Part shown: piece after piece, positions 12,291 to 24,287 of the stretch
Numbering within the stretch: position 1 is the stretch's first letter
Layout of the letters: each line of letters starts with the position of its first letter
Assembly (NCBI GenBank): GCA_002189035.1
Contig: NEEC01000015.1
Coordinates: 372,001 to 436,000 of the forward strand
Length of the DNA: 64,000 nt
Origin: Utricularia gibba
Taxonomy: Eukaryota > Plantae > Magnoliophyta
Direction of reading: 5' to 3'
Position numbers and translations under genes: made by a program
The notes under the pieces: generated by a model
Database searches by the model: none
What the model saw: only the letters and a program-made list of their open reading frames with translations
Told to the model about the DNA's origin: nothing

Positions 12291-12482
12291 GTTACGTGTT
12301 TGTGTTAAGGGAATGGGGCGAGCAGAACCATCAGCTTTGGCTGAAGACTCGTTCCTTTTAAATCACCCGCGCTCTTGGTGTCCCTATAAATACCACACAG
12401 CTGGCTCTTCATCGTCTGTTTCGTCTCTTCAGATCTAGCGTTTGTTTGCTCTGCAACTTTCAGGAGGAAAAAGATCGTCCTT

Positions 12483-14998
12483 ATGGATGAGGAGTACGAC
12501 GTCATCGTTCTCGGCACTGGTCTCAAAGAATGCATCCTCAGTGGCCTTCTCTCCGTTGATGGATTGAAAGTAAATTATGTTTTTTTTTTTTTTTTTTTTT
12601 GCGTCCAATGCTCTGTGAATCACATGGATCGGGCTCTCAGTTTCGATTTCTTTTTGGTTCTGTAATGGAGATCGGAAATCCGCTCATTTTCGTCTTCTGT
12701 ACATGTCCCGCTCAACGATAATGCTCCATTGATCGTTGATTTTATTCGCTTCTTTATGTGATTGATGTTTATAATAAGTCCATATAACCCTGATTTTTTT
12801 TATTTTTAATTATCCGAGGCATTTTAATTCATTTTCCATTCAGGTTCTCCACATGGACAAGAACGATTATTATGGAGGAGATTCAAGTTCTCTCAGTTTA
12901 AACCAGGTAACCTATTGAACCATTAATAGCTGCGCTACTGCGTATATTGATTATACGTTGAGAAAAAAGGGAGCAGGGAGCAAGTAGCCAGAAGGTAAAT
13001 GGGTATTCCTATTTTCTAGTTACTATTCTGTGTCCATGATACTTTGTTCAGCTGTGGAAGCGATTTCGTGGAGATGAAGAGCCCCCTGAGAAACTAGGAG
13101 CGAGTCGAGAATACAATGTTGATATGATTCCAAAGGTATACTTGTATCCGTGTCTTTTTTTAAAACCAGTAAAACTTTTTGGTTAAACTTTCTTCTCAAC
13201 CTTGAAGTTCATGATGGCAAATGGAGCTTTGGTCCGCGTGTTGATTCATGCAAATGTTACCAAGTATCTGAATTTCAAGGCAGTAGATGGTAGCTTTGTC
13301 TACAACAAAGGAAAGGTGTGCTGCTTTTCCAAACATATGCGCCTTTCCCAAGCATTATTATAACTTTCAGATTCAGAATTGCTTGAGCTTTTTATCTATA
13401 GATATACAAGGTTCCAGCTACAGATGTTGAGGCATTGAAATCCTCGTTGATGGGACTATTCGAAAAGCGTCGTGCGCGCAATTTCTTTGTATTCGTTCAA
13501 GACTTCGAAGAGACTGATCCGAAGACCCACAAGGGAATGAACTTGGAGACCATCACAGCAGAAGAAGTCATAGCGTTAGTCTTCCCTGATACTCATATAC
13601 AAGTGAATCTTTCCCTCCATGATGGTACTAATATTTGCTATGGTAAGCTGGATTTAGAAAATATGAACTCGAAGATGATACCATCGATTTCATTGGCCAT
13701 GCTCTGGCTCTATATTCTGATGATAGCTACTTGGAGAAGCCTGCCATGGAATTCGTTAAGCGAATGAAGGTGCAGTTACTCTTAGACAGCAGACTCTTTC
13801 TCATACTTTTGCTCACTGTAATTCTACTTCCGTTTTCTTTCAATCAGCTCTATGCAGAATCCTTGGCACGCTTTCAATCTGGATCTCCCTACATCTATCC
13901 ATTGTACGGCCTAGGAGAGTTGCCACAGGTTTGTTTGTTACCCTCTTACCAAATCTACTACCGGTGCTGCTAATGATGCTCGGGGCTTTGGATCTCATCT
14001 CTATTATCAACAGGCCTTTGCTCGTCTAAGCGCAGTCTACGGTGGAACATACATGCTAAACAAGCCAGACTGTAAGGTAAATTTCCCAGGTCGATGGATG
14101 TTATTCTTGTACGCGTCTTTGGCACTGACTTTCAACACGCAGGTGGAGTTCGACGGAGAAGGCAAAGCAGTTGGTGTAACATCTGAAGGAGAAACTGCTA
14201 AATGCAAGAAAGTTGTATGTGACCCCTCGTACCTACCTGACAAGGTAACGTAATTCTGGATACCGACAGAGCTTGTTTACACAGTTCTAAAATCCCACTC
14301 GATTGCCATTCACTCAGGTCCAAAAGGTTGGGAAAGTTGCCCGTGCAGTGTGTATCATGAGCCACCCTATCCCGGAAACCAATGACTCTCATTCCGCACA
14401 AGTAATCCTCCCTCAGAAACAGCTCGGACGTAAATCAGATATGTAGGTTTGATCATCTTTTCCCTAGAACTGAAGTTCAAGACGCCCCTGTGTAATTAAT
14501 ACCTGTGATGATAGGTACTTGTTCTGCTGCTCATATGCTCACAATGTGGCTCCCAAGGGGAAGTATATAGCATTCGTCTTGACAGAAGCCGAGACTGATA
14601 ACCCTGAGGAGGAACTGAAGCCTGGGGTGGACCTCCTCGGACCCGTGGATGAGATATTCTACGAAACATACGACAGATTCGTGCCATCCAACGAGTTCGA
14701 TTCCGATCACTGCTATATATCCAGGGTACGCTTCTCCTGCATCCCATCCGATCCATTACCAAATCTCTCGTGGCATTTCATCTGTGTCTCTTCAGAGTTA
14801 CGACGCGTCGACCCACTTCGAGTCCACCGTAGTCGATGTACTGGAGATGTACACCAAGATAACTGGAAAGGTAAGAGCCAAAATTTGGTCCAGGAGTCAA
14901 GAAATATAGGACGTGATGCATATTCTTCTGGATTTGCTCAGGTGCTGGACCTGTCAGTGGACCTGAGTGCAGCTAGCGCAGGTGCCGCCGAGCAATAA
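12483..14998 (+). CDS. GDI: Rab GDP-dissociation inhibitor; 13 exons
   Basis: [41 protein letters not shown]; [14 protein letters not shown]; GLFEKRRAR; [28 protein letters not shown]; SYDASTHFE; ends [16 protein letters not shown]. All junctions in frame. Confidence 0.97.
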
Positions 14999-15741
14999 CT
15001 TGCTCCCATCCCGCCGCCTCCTTCATGAACACGCCACATCTATTGCCGAGCACCTGTTTCTAATGGCCATAACTCAACAATAAGGTTTTAGTTTACTCCA
15101 CAGTGCGAGAGCCAGCATTCGCAAACGTTTGCCTGTTTGCATCCATTTTGATATAAGCTTGCTGTTGTGTGTGTTGCCAGTCCCCCTGCTGGCTTCATGG
15201 ACAATACCCCACACATGCGGGAAGCCTTGACAAATCCCTTAGAATTTTGTCGTGTTAATAACCATGTCCACTAGGCCTTTTACTACTGGCAATGAGTCAA
15301 TGCGCCGCCCGCAACCCATGAAGTAATGGACATCATCACCTTGTAAAACTATTCACAACTCCATGTGAGATACTCATAATCTTCCTGAATTCATACCCAG
15401 ACGAAGAGTACCAGATGAGTGGATCTTATACGCCTCGTCAAAAGTGCTCCCTAGCGGTTAAAGGCTTGAACTCCTGGACCTCAAACGCCGGTCTTTATTT
15501 CACCATGACCGAAAACTCAAAAACTAAGATAGACAAAGTGAGTGGTGCTATGAAGAAGGATGGGGCGTCATTTGTCAGTAAGCGAAGGCAGAGTGAGGAA
15601 CTAGAGACGAACATACTTCAGATTTTTTTTTTTTTTGTTTTCTCACTGTATTCACAAGAACAAGATAATGGAAGGCAAAGATGGGAATTATTTTAGACAG
15701 CAACGCCGGAGTTATACGTTTAAACGTACCTTCTCATCCGG

Positions 15742-17196
15742 TCAGACGGAGGTTTGAGTCTTCACAGTTTTCCCGGCTGCATCTGTTGTTAACACACCAG
15801 CAGTTTGTCTGGCTTCACCGGTGGTCAGAACGTGATACTGCGCCGCTGAATCCACCGGCGTCGAATACATAATCGGTCTCACAGACCCAGTATCGAAACC
15901 AATCTGTGCATACGACGCCGGCGCCTCCGTCACCATCCCCACGCCAGCCGCGTTGGCTGATCGAATCAACTGCAGACCGTCGGGGAATCCAGTGACGTGT
16001 GATTGTAACGCCGCCATTGAGGGGACGCCTCCGGAGGGGATCATATTGTACATCGCCTGTTGTTGTTGTTGTTGATGATGATCGCGGTAAACTTCCTGCG
16101 GTATTCTTTGAACGGTGTAGTACCCAAGAGGAGGCGCCGCGGCGACCGGTCTAGCCATCGGCGTGGGGAAAGGGGCAGATGGGTTTGGTATCATGTAAAT
16201 CGGCTGGTCGTTGGGTAAGGCGGTGGTGTGAGAAGGGTAAACACCGCCAGGAACCTGCTTCTCTGCTGCCCAGTAAGGGTTACCACTGTGAACTGCCACC
16301 TGTTGAATCCTCTCAGGGCCCTTGTAGTACTCTGTTCCAGTAGATAGTCCGGAGAGAGTCTCATTGCTTGTCCTTCGATAGAGCCCCTGTTGCTCCTCGA
16401 TTCGCAGTCTCTGCAGATCTTGGATATGCTTTTGAATGGGATCAGTCGTCCCCAGTAACCTCTCATCAATCCCCGGCGATGCAACCGGATCCTCCACCTC
16501 ATGAACCCTGCAAATTGGTGGCTGCTGCGGCGGCTGACCACCGACAACTCCTGGATTCGATTTCTCTAAGCCGAACAAAAAATCCACGGTACTCGACGGC
16601 GGCTGTATCTGCGCGGCAGAAGCAGGGGAAGCCGGTTGCTGCACCGGAGCAGTCGCTGGCGCAGAATTCAACGCCTCCACAAACCTCTCCTTATCTGTTT
16701 TCCCCTCATCCGATCCGAAACTACGAACAGACGATGAGTTCATCCCTGAATTCGCACTCTGAAATATAAAAATCCTCAATCTCGCGGGCTTCGGTGAAAC
16801 CCTAAACAACCGATCGTATTCGTGCATCATATGCTCCAAATCATCATCATTCGTCACCGAAATCAACGCATCCAGATCCTCACCCGGCAACTGATATTTA
16901 AACGAAATCGAATCACCATCGCACAGAGCAACAAGTTTCGCCAGCAGATTCGCAAATTTCACCGTCCGATCAACCGCCAGAATCTTCGTTTCCCCTCCGA
17001 TGTACGATAACTGATTATCGTGTGGCCGCGGCTGGATTTTCCCACCATAACTGCACATAAACTTGACCTTATAGTTAGCTGGCGGCTGACTGTTCTCCTC
17101 CCACGGCGTCGGGTTATCAAACTCGATCTCACGCGATCGCGGCGACGAGTGCCCGGACCCAGGGTACGACGATGAGTTGTAGCCGTAATTCTCCAT
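15742..17196 (-). CDS. Intronless PB1 (octicosapeptide/Phox/Bem1p) domain protein with a Pro/Gln-rich C-terminus
   Basis: KVKFMCSYGGKIQPRPHDNQLSYIGGETKILAV...KYQLPGEDLDALISVTNDDDLEHMMHEYDR...RLRIFIF; first ATG at 17196. Confidence 0.9.
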   Translation of the reverse strand: MENYGYNSSSYPGSGHSSPRSREIEFDNPTPWEENSQPPANYKVKFMCSYGGKIQPRPHDNQLSYIGGETKILAVDRTVKFANLLAKLVALCDGDSISFKYQLPGEDLDALISVTNDDDLEHMMHEYDRLFRVSPKPARLRIFIFQSANSGMNSSSVRSFGSDEGKTDKERFVEALNSAPATAPVQQPASPASAAQIQPPSSTVDFLFGLEKSNPGVVGGQPPQQPPICRVHEVEDPVASPGIDERLLGTTDPIQKHIQDLQRLRIEEQQGLYRRTSNETLSGLSTGTEYYKGPERIQQVAVHSGNPYWAAEKQVPGGVYPSHTTALPNDQPIYMIPNPSAPFPTPMARPVAAAPPLGYYTVQRIPQEVYRDHHQQQQQQAMYNMIPSGGVPSMAALQSHVTGFPDGLQLIRSANAAGVGMVTEAPASYAQIGFDTGSVRPIMYSTPVDSAAQYHVLTTGEARQTAGVLTTDAAGKTVKTQTSV

Positions 17197-18273
17197 GAGG
17201 CGCACGTTATCGGCGGCGACCGGAGACTGAAAAAAGTGCGTGTCTGTGAATCAATGATTGATATGCGCCGCGCGTTTAAAAACCTCCACGCCGCTTGCGG
17301 CACGAAACTTGGCGTCCCGTTACGTGGTTTTCGACAGGGACTCCCCATCCACCGACGACCGTTGGATTCCAATGACGTGGCAACCGGCACGCGCACCGTG
17401 GGCCCTATTCCGTTGAAATCCGCGTCGGGTGCGTTTTTTTAATTCCGCCATTTCTCAGGCAAGTGGGGAGCGTGTGGTGATTACTGATTAACATCCACGT
17501 GTCCACTTTCCATTGGGCATAATTCATATTTATTTCCATGCTCCACCCAGCTAACCTTCATTATCCCATGTTTACCTTGAAAAAATAGGTTTCTAATTTT
17601 GGTTATGATGAAATTTTGGCATCTTTCGGGCACAGGATGCCTGCCAATGATGGCTATTGGGCCCAATAATTGGGCCGCTGACGTGGATCACCCATCACTC
17701 ACTCCGTACTAGACGTGACGTGAGGACACCTCCCAACGTTATCCAAGATCAAGATCAATAATATATTATTATACGAAAATAATACATATTTTTTTCCTAT
17801 AATATGTTTTATTTCTAATACTTATATTTTAATATTTTAAATATTTATTGTATAGAAATTACAAGAAAAATAAACTCAAATTTAGATTAATATAAAGAAT
17901 GTAATCTTTAACTTTCGAAATTATAAAAAAAAACACCTCAATTTATTAAAACCAAATCTAGTTTCAAACTCAATAAAATCTAGTGTTATAATTTTTTTCA
18001 TTTGCAAAGTGACACCTACTTGTGCCTTGTATGCCTTTTGGGCCGACTGGGGCTTAGGCCCAATGAGACTGGAGAGCGGGGAGGGCGAGCCCAATAAGGA
18101 TCCGAGATATATGAAGTATGATTCAGTTGCATAATGAAATCACACATGATAGAAACGAATGCAGTAGCTCAAGCACAAGAAAGAATGTAGAGGGATCAAG
18201 AAAATGAACAAGGTGAATGCATGCTTATTCCTTGGAGGTTGCACTTGGGATACTCACCGCCTTATGATGCTGT

Positions 18274-19747
18274 TTACACGAGTGAAAGCTCACCGGAAGG
18301 GACTGATCTTTTCACAAGCTTAGCCCATGAGTCATTGGTTTCAGTGATTACTTTGAGAGCATAGTCCTGTGAGGAAAGTATAGCAGCGTCATAGCTCCAA
18401 AGGGGAGGAAAAAAAAGAGGGGGTTCTGAGCTGAGTATTACCTTGTTTGCTGGCAGATTGCCAAGGCCAAATTTGTTGGCTGGTTTTCCATCAGGGATCT
18501 TGTAGTCTCTGAACCAGTCCCTGATTGCAGTGAGGGTTCCCTGTGGTTATTTACACAAGTCAGTGGAGAAGGATGGAAGCACAATAGTGGAAAGAGGGTG
18601 GACTGCGAACCGGGAAGTGCTTTTCGACATCATCTACATCATGGACAAGAGAAGCTCTGGGATCATCTAAGGAAATAGCAACGATTTTCCAGTCTAGTTC
18701 TCCTTCGTCGATCATGGCCAGAGCAGCCAAAGGCTTGACCTTTAACACTTGCCCGATTTTCGCTCGGGATTCTCCGATCTCCACAACATCAACTGCAACA
18801 AGAAGCATCGATTCAAATGCTGGATAAGGTGAACTACAGCAAAGAGGATGACTACCACTTACCAGGGTCATTATCTCCAAATGCACCATCCACTTCATCA
18901 TTAGCAAAGGAAGGGTCTTCCATGTTTGTGGAAGCAATCCATAGTTCCAGTTGATATTATACCTGGAGAAGAGTAGAAAATAACCGCGAGTGAAAAGATA
19001 AGAAAAAAAAGAGTGAACATACATATATGAGAGCAAAACTTACGGATAATATCGAAGTTTCCCTTTCTTGGTGTCTTGCTTGATGGGAGTGTACACTTCA
19101 TCTGTTGCAACTTCCATTTTTGCGCTTGATTCCTTGGGAATCTCTACAACGCAATTGAAAACACCACCTCCCAGATGTAGTGGTACGTCGTGCCAGGGAG
19201 AAACCTGCAACTCAGTTTAAGAGCATAAGCACAACTAAATATAAAACAGAGTACCAATCGCAGGCATTGCATAAAAGTAATCAAGGAAGTAGCGTTCTAA
19301 TATCTAAAAACAGGTTCCCTCTCTGTTAATAGAGCCAAGTGCAAGCATTATGAACATAAATCACCAAGATCCCATTTTAAGACGACCGCATCAAAGAAGA
19401 GTCATTTGCTTCTGCGCCGAATCAGGTAAAAACAATATCCAAATCCCAGAAGAAAAAAAAAAAAGAAACCTCCAATCAAAGAAAATATCCGATTCGCTAA
19501 CCTTCTTCCCCGAGCCGTCGAGAAAGAAAACCCGGTAATCGAGTGTTTCAGGTTGCCCTTCCTCTTTGGTCTGGATCGTGGGATTGTAAATAGCAGCACA
19601 GCTAAATCCCCGTCCATTCCGGGAAAACAATTTGCTCCTTCTGAAACAAACACCCAAGCTTCGAGGTCTTCCCCTCCACGACTTCCCAGCCGGCATAGTG
19701 ACGGCGACGGCGTTACTCGTCAGCGCAGCAACCCTCGCGGCCGCCAT
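18274..19747 (-). CDS. PPA6: Chloroplast soluble inorganic pyrophosphatase (PPa6 type); 6 exons; apparent -1 frameshift at 18920-18921
   Basis: Transit peptide MAAARVAALTSN; ETLDYRVFFLD, VSPWHDVPL, EIPKESSAKMEVATDE, IKQDTKKGKLRYYPY, NYGLLPQTW(EDP), GDNDPVDVVEIG, MIDEGELDWKIVAI, IRDWFRDYKIPDGKP; ends SGELSLV with TAA at 18274-18276. Confidence 0.95.
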
Positions 19748-20026
19748 TTTTAGCCGGCTTCTCGACTCACTGTGTGTGTACTGAAATGCTCCGAAGTCCT
19801 CATCGGATGAAATAAATTTGGTATCGTTTCCAAAATTAAAAAAAAAAAAAAATGTCCGGCATGCTGACCCGAACCCAGTTTTTGGTGGGGCGGGCCAACC
19901 CGCATAGAGAGTCAAATCAAACTTATTTTCTATATTCCGATTTTACCCTTTGAATGGACCCATAAAATCAGTATGGCCAGGAGGCAACCAATGCAAACAA
20001 AGGGCCACATCACAATCTCGAATTCT

Positions 20027-20051
20027 ATTGGTTCCTACGTTCCACGTCATC
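20027..20051. promoter_or_regulatory. Unfolded-protein-response element (UPRE core TGACGTGG) upstream of TIN1
   Basis: ATTGG at 20027-20031 followed by CCACGTCATC at 20042-20051, which is the 3' half of the plant P-UPRE. It is about 190 bp upstream of the TIN1 ATG and just ahead of a TATA-like TATTTATA. TIN1 is a known ER-stress/bZIP60-induced gene. Confidence 0.55.
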
Positions 20052-20239
20052 ACCACCAGACTATTTATATGCCATGGCATTTATCATACGCTGATTTTCT
20101 GGCCTGGGAATGCAAATTCCGAAATAGAAATACAATACCGTTGCATTTCTCCAGAAGTTTCCGGATCCTCTCGCCTCCCAGTCCCCGCTATATTCGTGCG
20201 TTGATTGAATTTTCTTGTTGTGTTTTCTGTAAATTCGGG

Positions 20240-21714
20240 ATGGATTCCAGAGTTCGAATGTGGAGATTAATCGTGTTTTCTTGCCTGGTTGTAATCGCGG
20301 TTCAACATGCTCCAGGGGTGGAAGCCCTTGTTTATCGCCCTGATTTCAATCCTCCGTATCCGAAAGCGATTTCGGTAAGCTTCAGCATAGCGCTGATGTA
20401 TTTCTTTTTGTTCTTATTGGATTAGAGTAAGGAAGTTTTTGTCGCCTTTGATTATGTTAGGATCTGAAGGAGGCGATTGTCAAGGGTTTCGGGTTTCAGT
20501 CCGACGATGTGAAGATTTCAGATTTCAATTTGAGGGATGCGATGGTGGGGAAGTCGGTGCAGTACGAGTTTGATATTGAGATCGATAATAAAATTCTCCC
20601 TTTCAAGCTCCTTGAGGATGTGAGCAGATGGGAATACGTTGAGTTACCGATCTTTCAAGCGGAGCCCCGTTTCGGACCCGATGAAGAAAGCGGTTTGGCT
20701 GAGAGGAAGCTGACTGATGATCAGACGCCTGTTCTTGCCCCTTTTCAGTTGGCAGGCCCAATGGAACTCTGGATTCAGGATGCCAAAGACATGCGGATTT
20801 CGCTACCTGTGAGTGAATTCTCGTTTAGCATCCCTTTGTGTAATGCTTTAATGGGTTCATGATTGATTTGTTTGATTGCCTTTCAGAATGATGTGGATGC
20901 CGGTGAGTTGAGGAAAGTGATTCTAGCAGACGGTGCAGTTGTCACTGTAAAGGGTGCTCGATCAGTTAGCTTGCGCCATCCAATTGAGCTTCCTCTTCCT
21001 CTGAACAGAAGTACCAGTGGTTTCGCCTCTGGACTTCTAGCACTAGCTGATCATCTTCGAAACACTGTCCGAACCAAGAATGGCCCTCTCGTCTCCCTGC
21101 GCATCGTCGGCCCAACATCTCTTAATTCTCCTGCATCAACAACATCCTCTTCGACAAACAGGCTGAAACTCAAGCGCCTTGCACCTGGTCTTGTTGAGCT
21201 TTCCTCAGCATCAAAAAGGGGAGTCATGGAAGCTGAAGCTGAAGTAGCATCGGCTGTTGACTTACAGAGTGGAGCAACAGCACTTCTCACACCGGATCGA
21301 TTCAGCACCCTTTGGCCAATAACCTCCATCAACGGTGCAAACACAAGGTTACTTGGCTTTGAGGCATTGCTCACTTCTGTACTCGGTTCAAGGGCGAATG
21401 AGGAGGGTTCTTTTAAGCTCACGAAAGCAGATGTATCAGCCCAGACGTTTGTCAAGATAGGCTTTGCAGTTGAAAAGAAGGTAAAGCAGAGTGATCTTGT
21501 GGGCTTCCCGGAGTGGAGAACACGGCCTCAGAATATAAGAATGCATTTTGAGGTATTGGCAAAGGTTGATGGAAACAAGGTTGTGCCGGAGAGGGTTTTC
21601 CCTGTGGAACCGGTGATCGCAGAGGATAGCTTCACACCTGATGCACTCGTTGGCAATATCTCCATGTCCAAGGTGCCAATCGTTCATCAGCCTCCCAATC
21701 CATTCACTCTCTGA
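20240..21714 (+). CDS. TIN1: TUNICAMYCIN INDUCED 1-like secretory protein; 3 exons
   Basis: Signal peptide MDSRVRMWRLIVFSCLVVIAV...; YRPDFNPPYPKAISDLKEAIVKG; EFDIEIDNKILPFKLLEDVSRWEYVELPIF; FQLAGPMELWIQD; GAVVTVKGARSVSL; FPEWRTRP...FEVLAKVDG. Exons 20240-20374, 20461-20808, 20887-21714. Confidence 0.85.
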
Positions 21715-22051
21715 GATCTGAAACTTAACAAGGTTGACACATTAGACTGAGATTCTCAATCACTGTCTTTATGTGTCGATTCTCCCAGTTGCTTCTGTGT
21801 AAATTAGACGAAAGCAACAGTGTACCCACCACGATTAAAAGCGTGTATACTGCGAGAAAACGAGTTTAACAGTTGACCCTCTTTCTAGCAATTCAATTAT
21901 GATACGATGCTTCTAGAATAGGCCTTCTGAAAATGCTGCGCCAGAGTGCCAGAAAAGACGTGGCGGAAAATATTTGATAAGTTGATACAAGGATACACGA
22001 AACTGGAAAGAGTACTCGAAGTTGGAAAGTGAAAGAAGGCTCACCAGAGAG

Positions 22052-24287
22052 ATGGTTTCGTTACCATGTCCTGCAAATGCCTCATCCTATTCCCATCAGG
22101 CAAGCTCTGGTCCTGGAAAAACATCAGCAGTAACACGAAGAAACTGTGATGTGATCATCGTTGGGGCAGGGATCGCTGGATCTGCACTCGCACACACTCT
22201 GGCCAAGGTTTGGAAGATGAATTTGTAATGATGCTTTTAGATTTCAAAAGTTGATGTTGTTTGTGTCCAGGAAGGGCGCCGAGTTTATGTTATAGAAAGG
22301 GACCTTAGAGAACCTGATAGATTCTCCGGGGAGCTTCTCCAGCCTGCTGGATATCTCAAACTTGTTGAGCTGGGGCTTCAAGGTGAGGGACTTGAGCTTC
22401 TGTTATGGCTCAATGATGCCTAGAAAAATCAAACATACACAGATCAAAGTCTGAATACCTAGTCTCTCTGTAGAAATACCATCATGCAATTTCGGAAAAA
22501 CAACCTAACAGGATGAACCTTTGGTGCAACTTTTGCCTGTCTCAACTCTTGTTTGTTGCAGAGTGCGTGGAAGGTATCGATGCACAAAAGCTGTTTGGTT
22601 ACGCAGTTTCCATGAATGGGAAGAGCATTAGGATCCCATATCCATTGGAGAATTATGATTCACATGTTGCTGGAAGAAGCTTTAGAAATGGCCGTTTTGT
22701 TACCAACTTGCGTCTCAAAGCTCAATCCCTCCTCAAGTACAACTTGCATCTCTCTCTCTCTCTCTCTCTCTTGCTTGTTTGAAACTCTGGACTTTCCAAT
22801 CATAAGACTCGGGTTGTTCCACACTGCAGCGTCCAAATGGAGCGTGGAACAGTGACCAGTTTGATAGAAGAGCGAGGGGTGATCAAAGGTGTAAAATATA
22901 CCAGGAATGGTGAATCTTTGACAATGCATGCGCCTCTGACTGTCGTATCTGATGGTTGTTCCTCCAGATTCCGCAAACTCCTTTTCCAACCAAGGGTGAA
23001 GGTGATCACTGATATTTCACTCGTTCCTGAGAAACAAGTTGAACCAGCATTATTTGGCTCTGCTTATTTTGTTTCTTCAGTAACAGAAACAACTGCAAAC
23101 AGAAACCACGGGCCAGTTACAGTTTGAAAAAATAAAATTCTATTTGGTCGAGTGTAACCTGAATTTGCTTTCTAGTAGCATCATCAACTTTGCAGTAATG
23201 TTGTGTGCATTGTTCACCAGGTTGATCGAGCTTGCAACTTCGTTGGCGTAGTATTGAAGAACTGCTCCAACCCACATCCAAATTATGCACACCTGGTTCT
23301 TGGAAGTCAAACAAACTTCGTTCTTTATCCCATCAACCACACAGATATCCGATTCATCATCGACTTCCCAGGTACAAAGCTGCCTTCCATCTCCAATGGA
23401 GAAATGAATCGCCTCTTGCATACTGCCGTGGTTCCTCAGGTAACTCCCAATTGTTTCCTAATGCATTATAAAAAGATACTTAAAACTTGCACACTTCAGT
23501 TGCCACCAGAGCTCCGGAGTCCATTTGTAACCGCAATTCAGAAGCATGAGATCAAGATAATGCCAGGCCACATTATGGCAGCAGCTCCGCGCATTCTTCC
23601 TGGAGCATTTCTCTTGGAGACGCCTTGAACATGCGTCACGCCCTCGCTGGAGGAGGGATGGCTGTGGCTTTACAGGATATTGCCGTGCTCAAGGATCTTC
23701 TAAGAGCAGTGGATCTCTATGATTCAGCTGAAGTCACAAAACGGATAGCGCAGTTCTATGATATACGAAAAGTAACCTCCCACAGTAATTTCGACGAACA
23801 CCTTGTACTCAAAGCCGCACTCACTAACAAACTCTCCTGTTCTTTGCAGCCAGCCGCGTTCACGATGAACACTTTGGCAAATGCCGCCGCTAAAATCTCC
23901 TACGCGATGCCTGACGCAATACGGAGAGATGTTCAGGAAGCATTTTTCGAATACCTGAATGTGGGCTCCGTTTTATCCAAGGGAATTGTAGGAATGATGT
24001 CTGGCCTGAAAAACGAACCTCAGGAACTGCTTCTACAATCCATGGCAGCATCGGCTTACATTGCAGGCTCCATTTTAGCCCCAATTCCTTCACCGCAGAA
24101 ACTGCAGAAGCTGGTACAATTTGCAACGGTAAGCCTTCTCCAACACACTCAAATGAATCGCCTCCTTGACTGGAATTCGATGTATACATAACATCTACTC
24201 TCTTCTCAGATTGCAGCAGATGCTTCAATGCCAGTTATTCTGGAAGAATTCCTGGGGCAACATCCCTTTTCTCCGACTAGAAATTGA
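22052..24287 (+). CDS. SQE-like: Divergent squalene epoxidase (monooxygenase)-like FAD enzyme; 8 exons; apparent -1 frameshift at 23616-23617 (assembly error or pseudogene)
   Basis: DVIIVGAGIAGSALA (GxGxxG FAD motif), VIERDLREPDR, GELLQP, GRSFRNGRF, APLTVVSDG, LPSISNGEM, FLL(G)DALNMRHALAGGGMAVAL. Intron positions are consistent with the plant SQE structure; stop TGA at 24285-24287. Confidence 0.9.
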
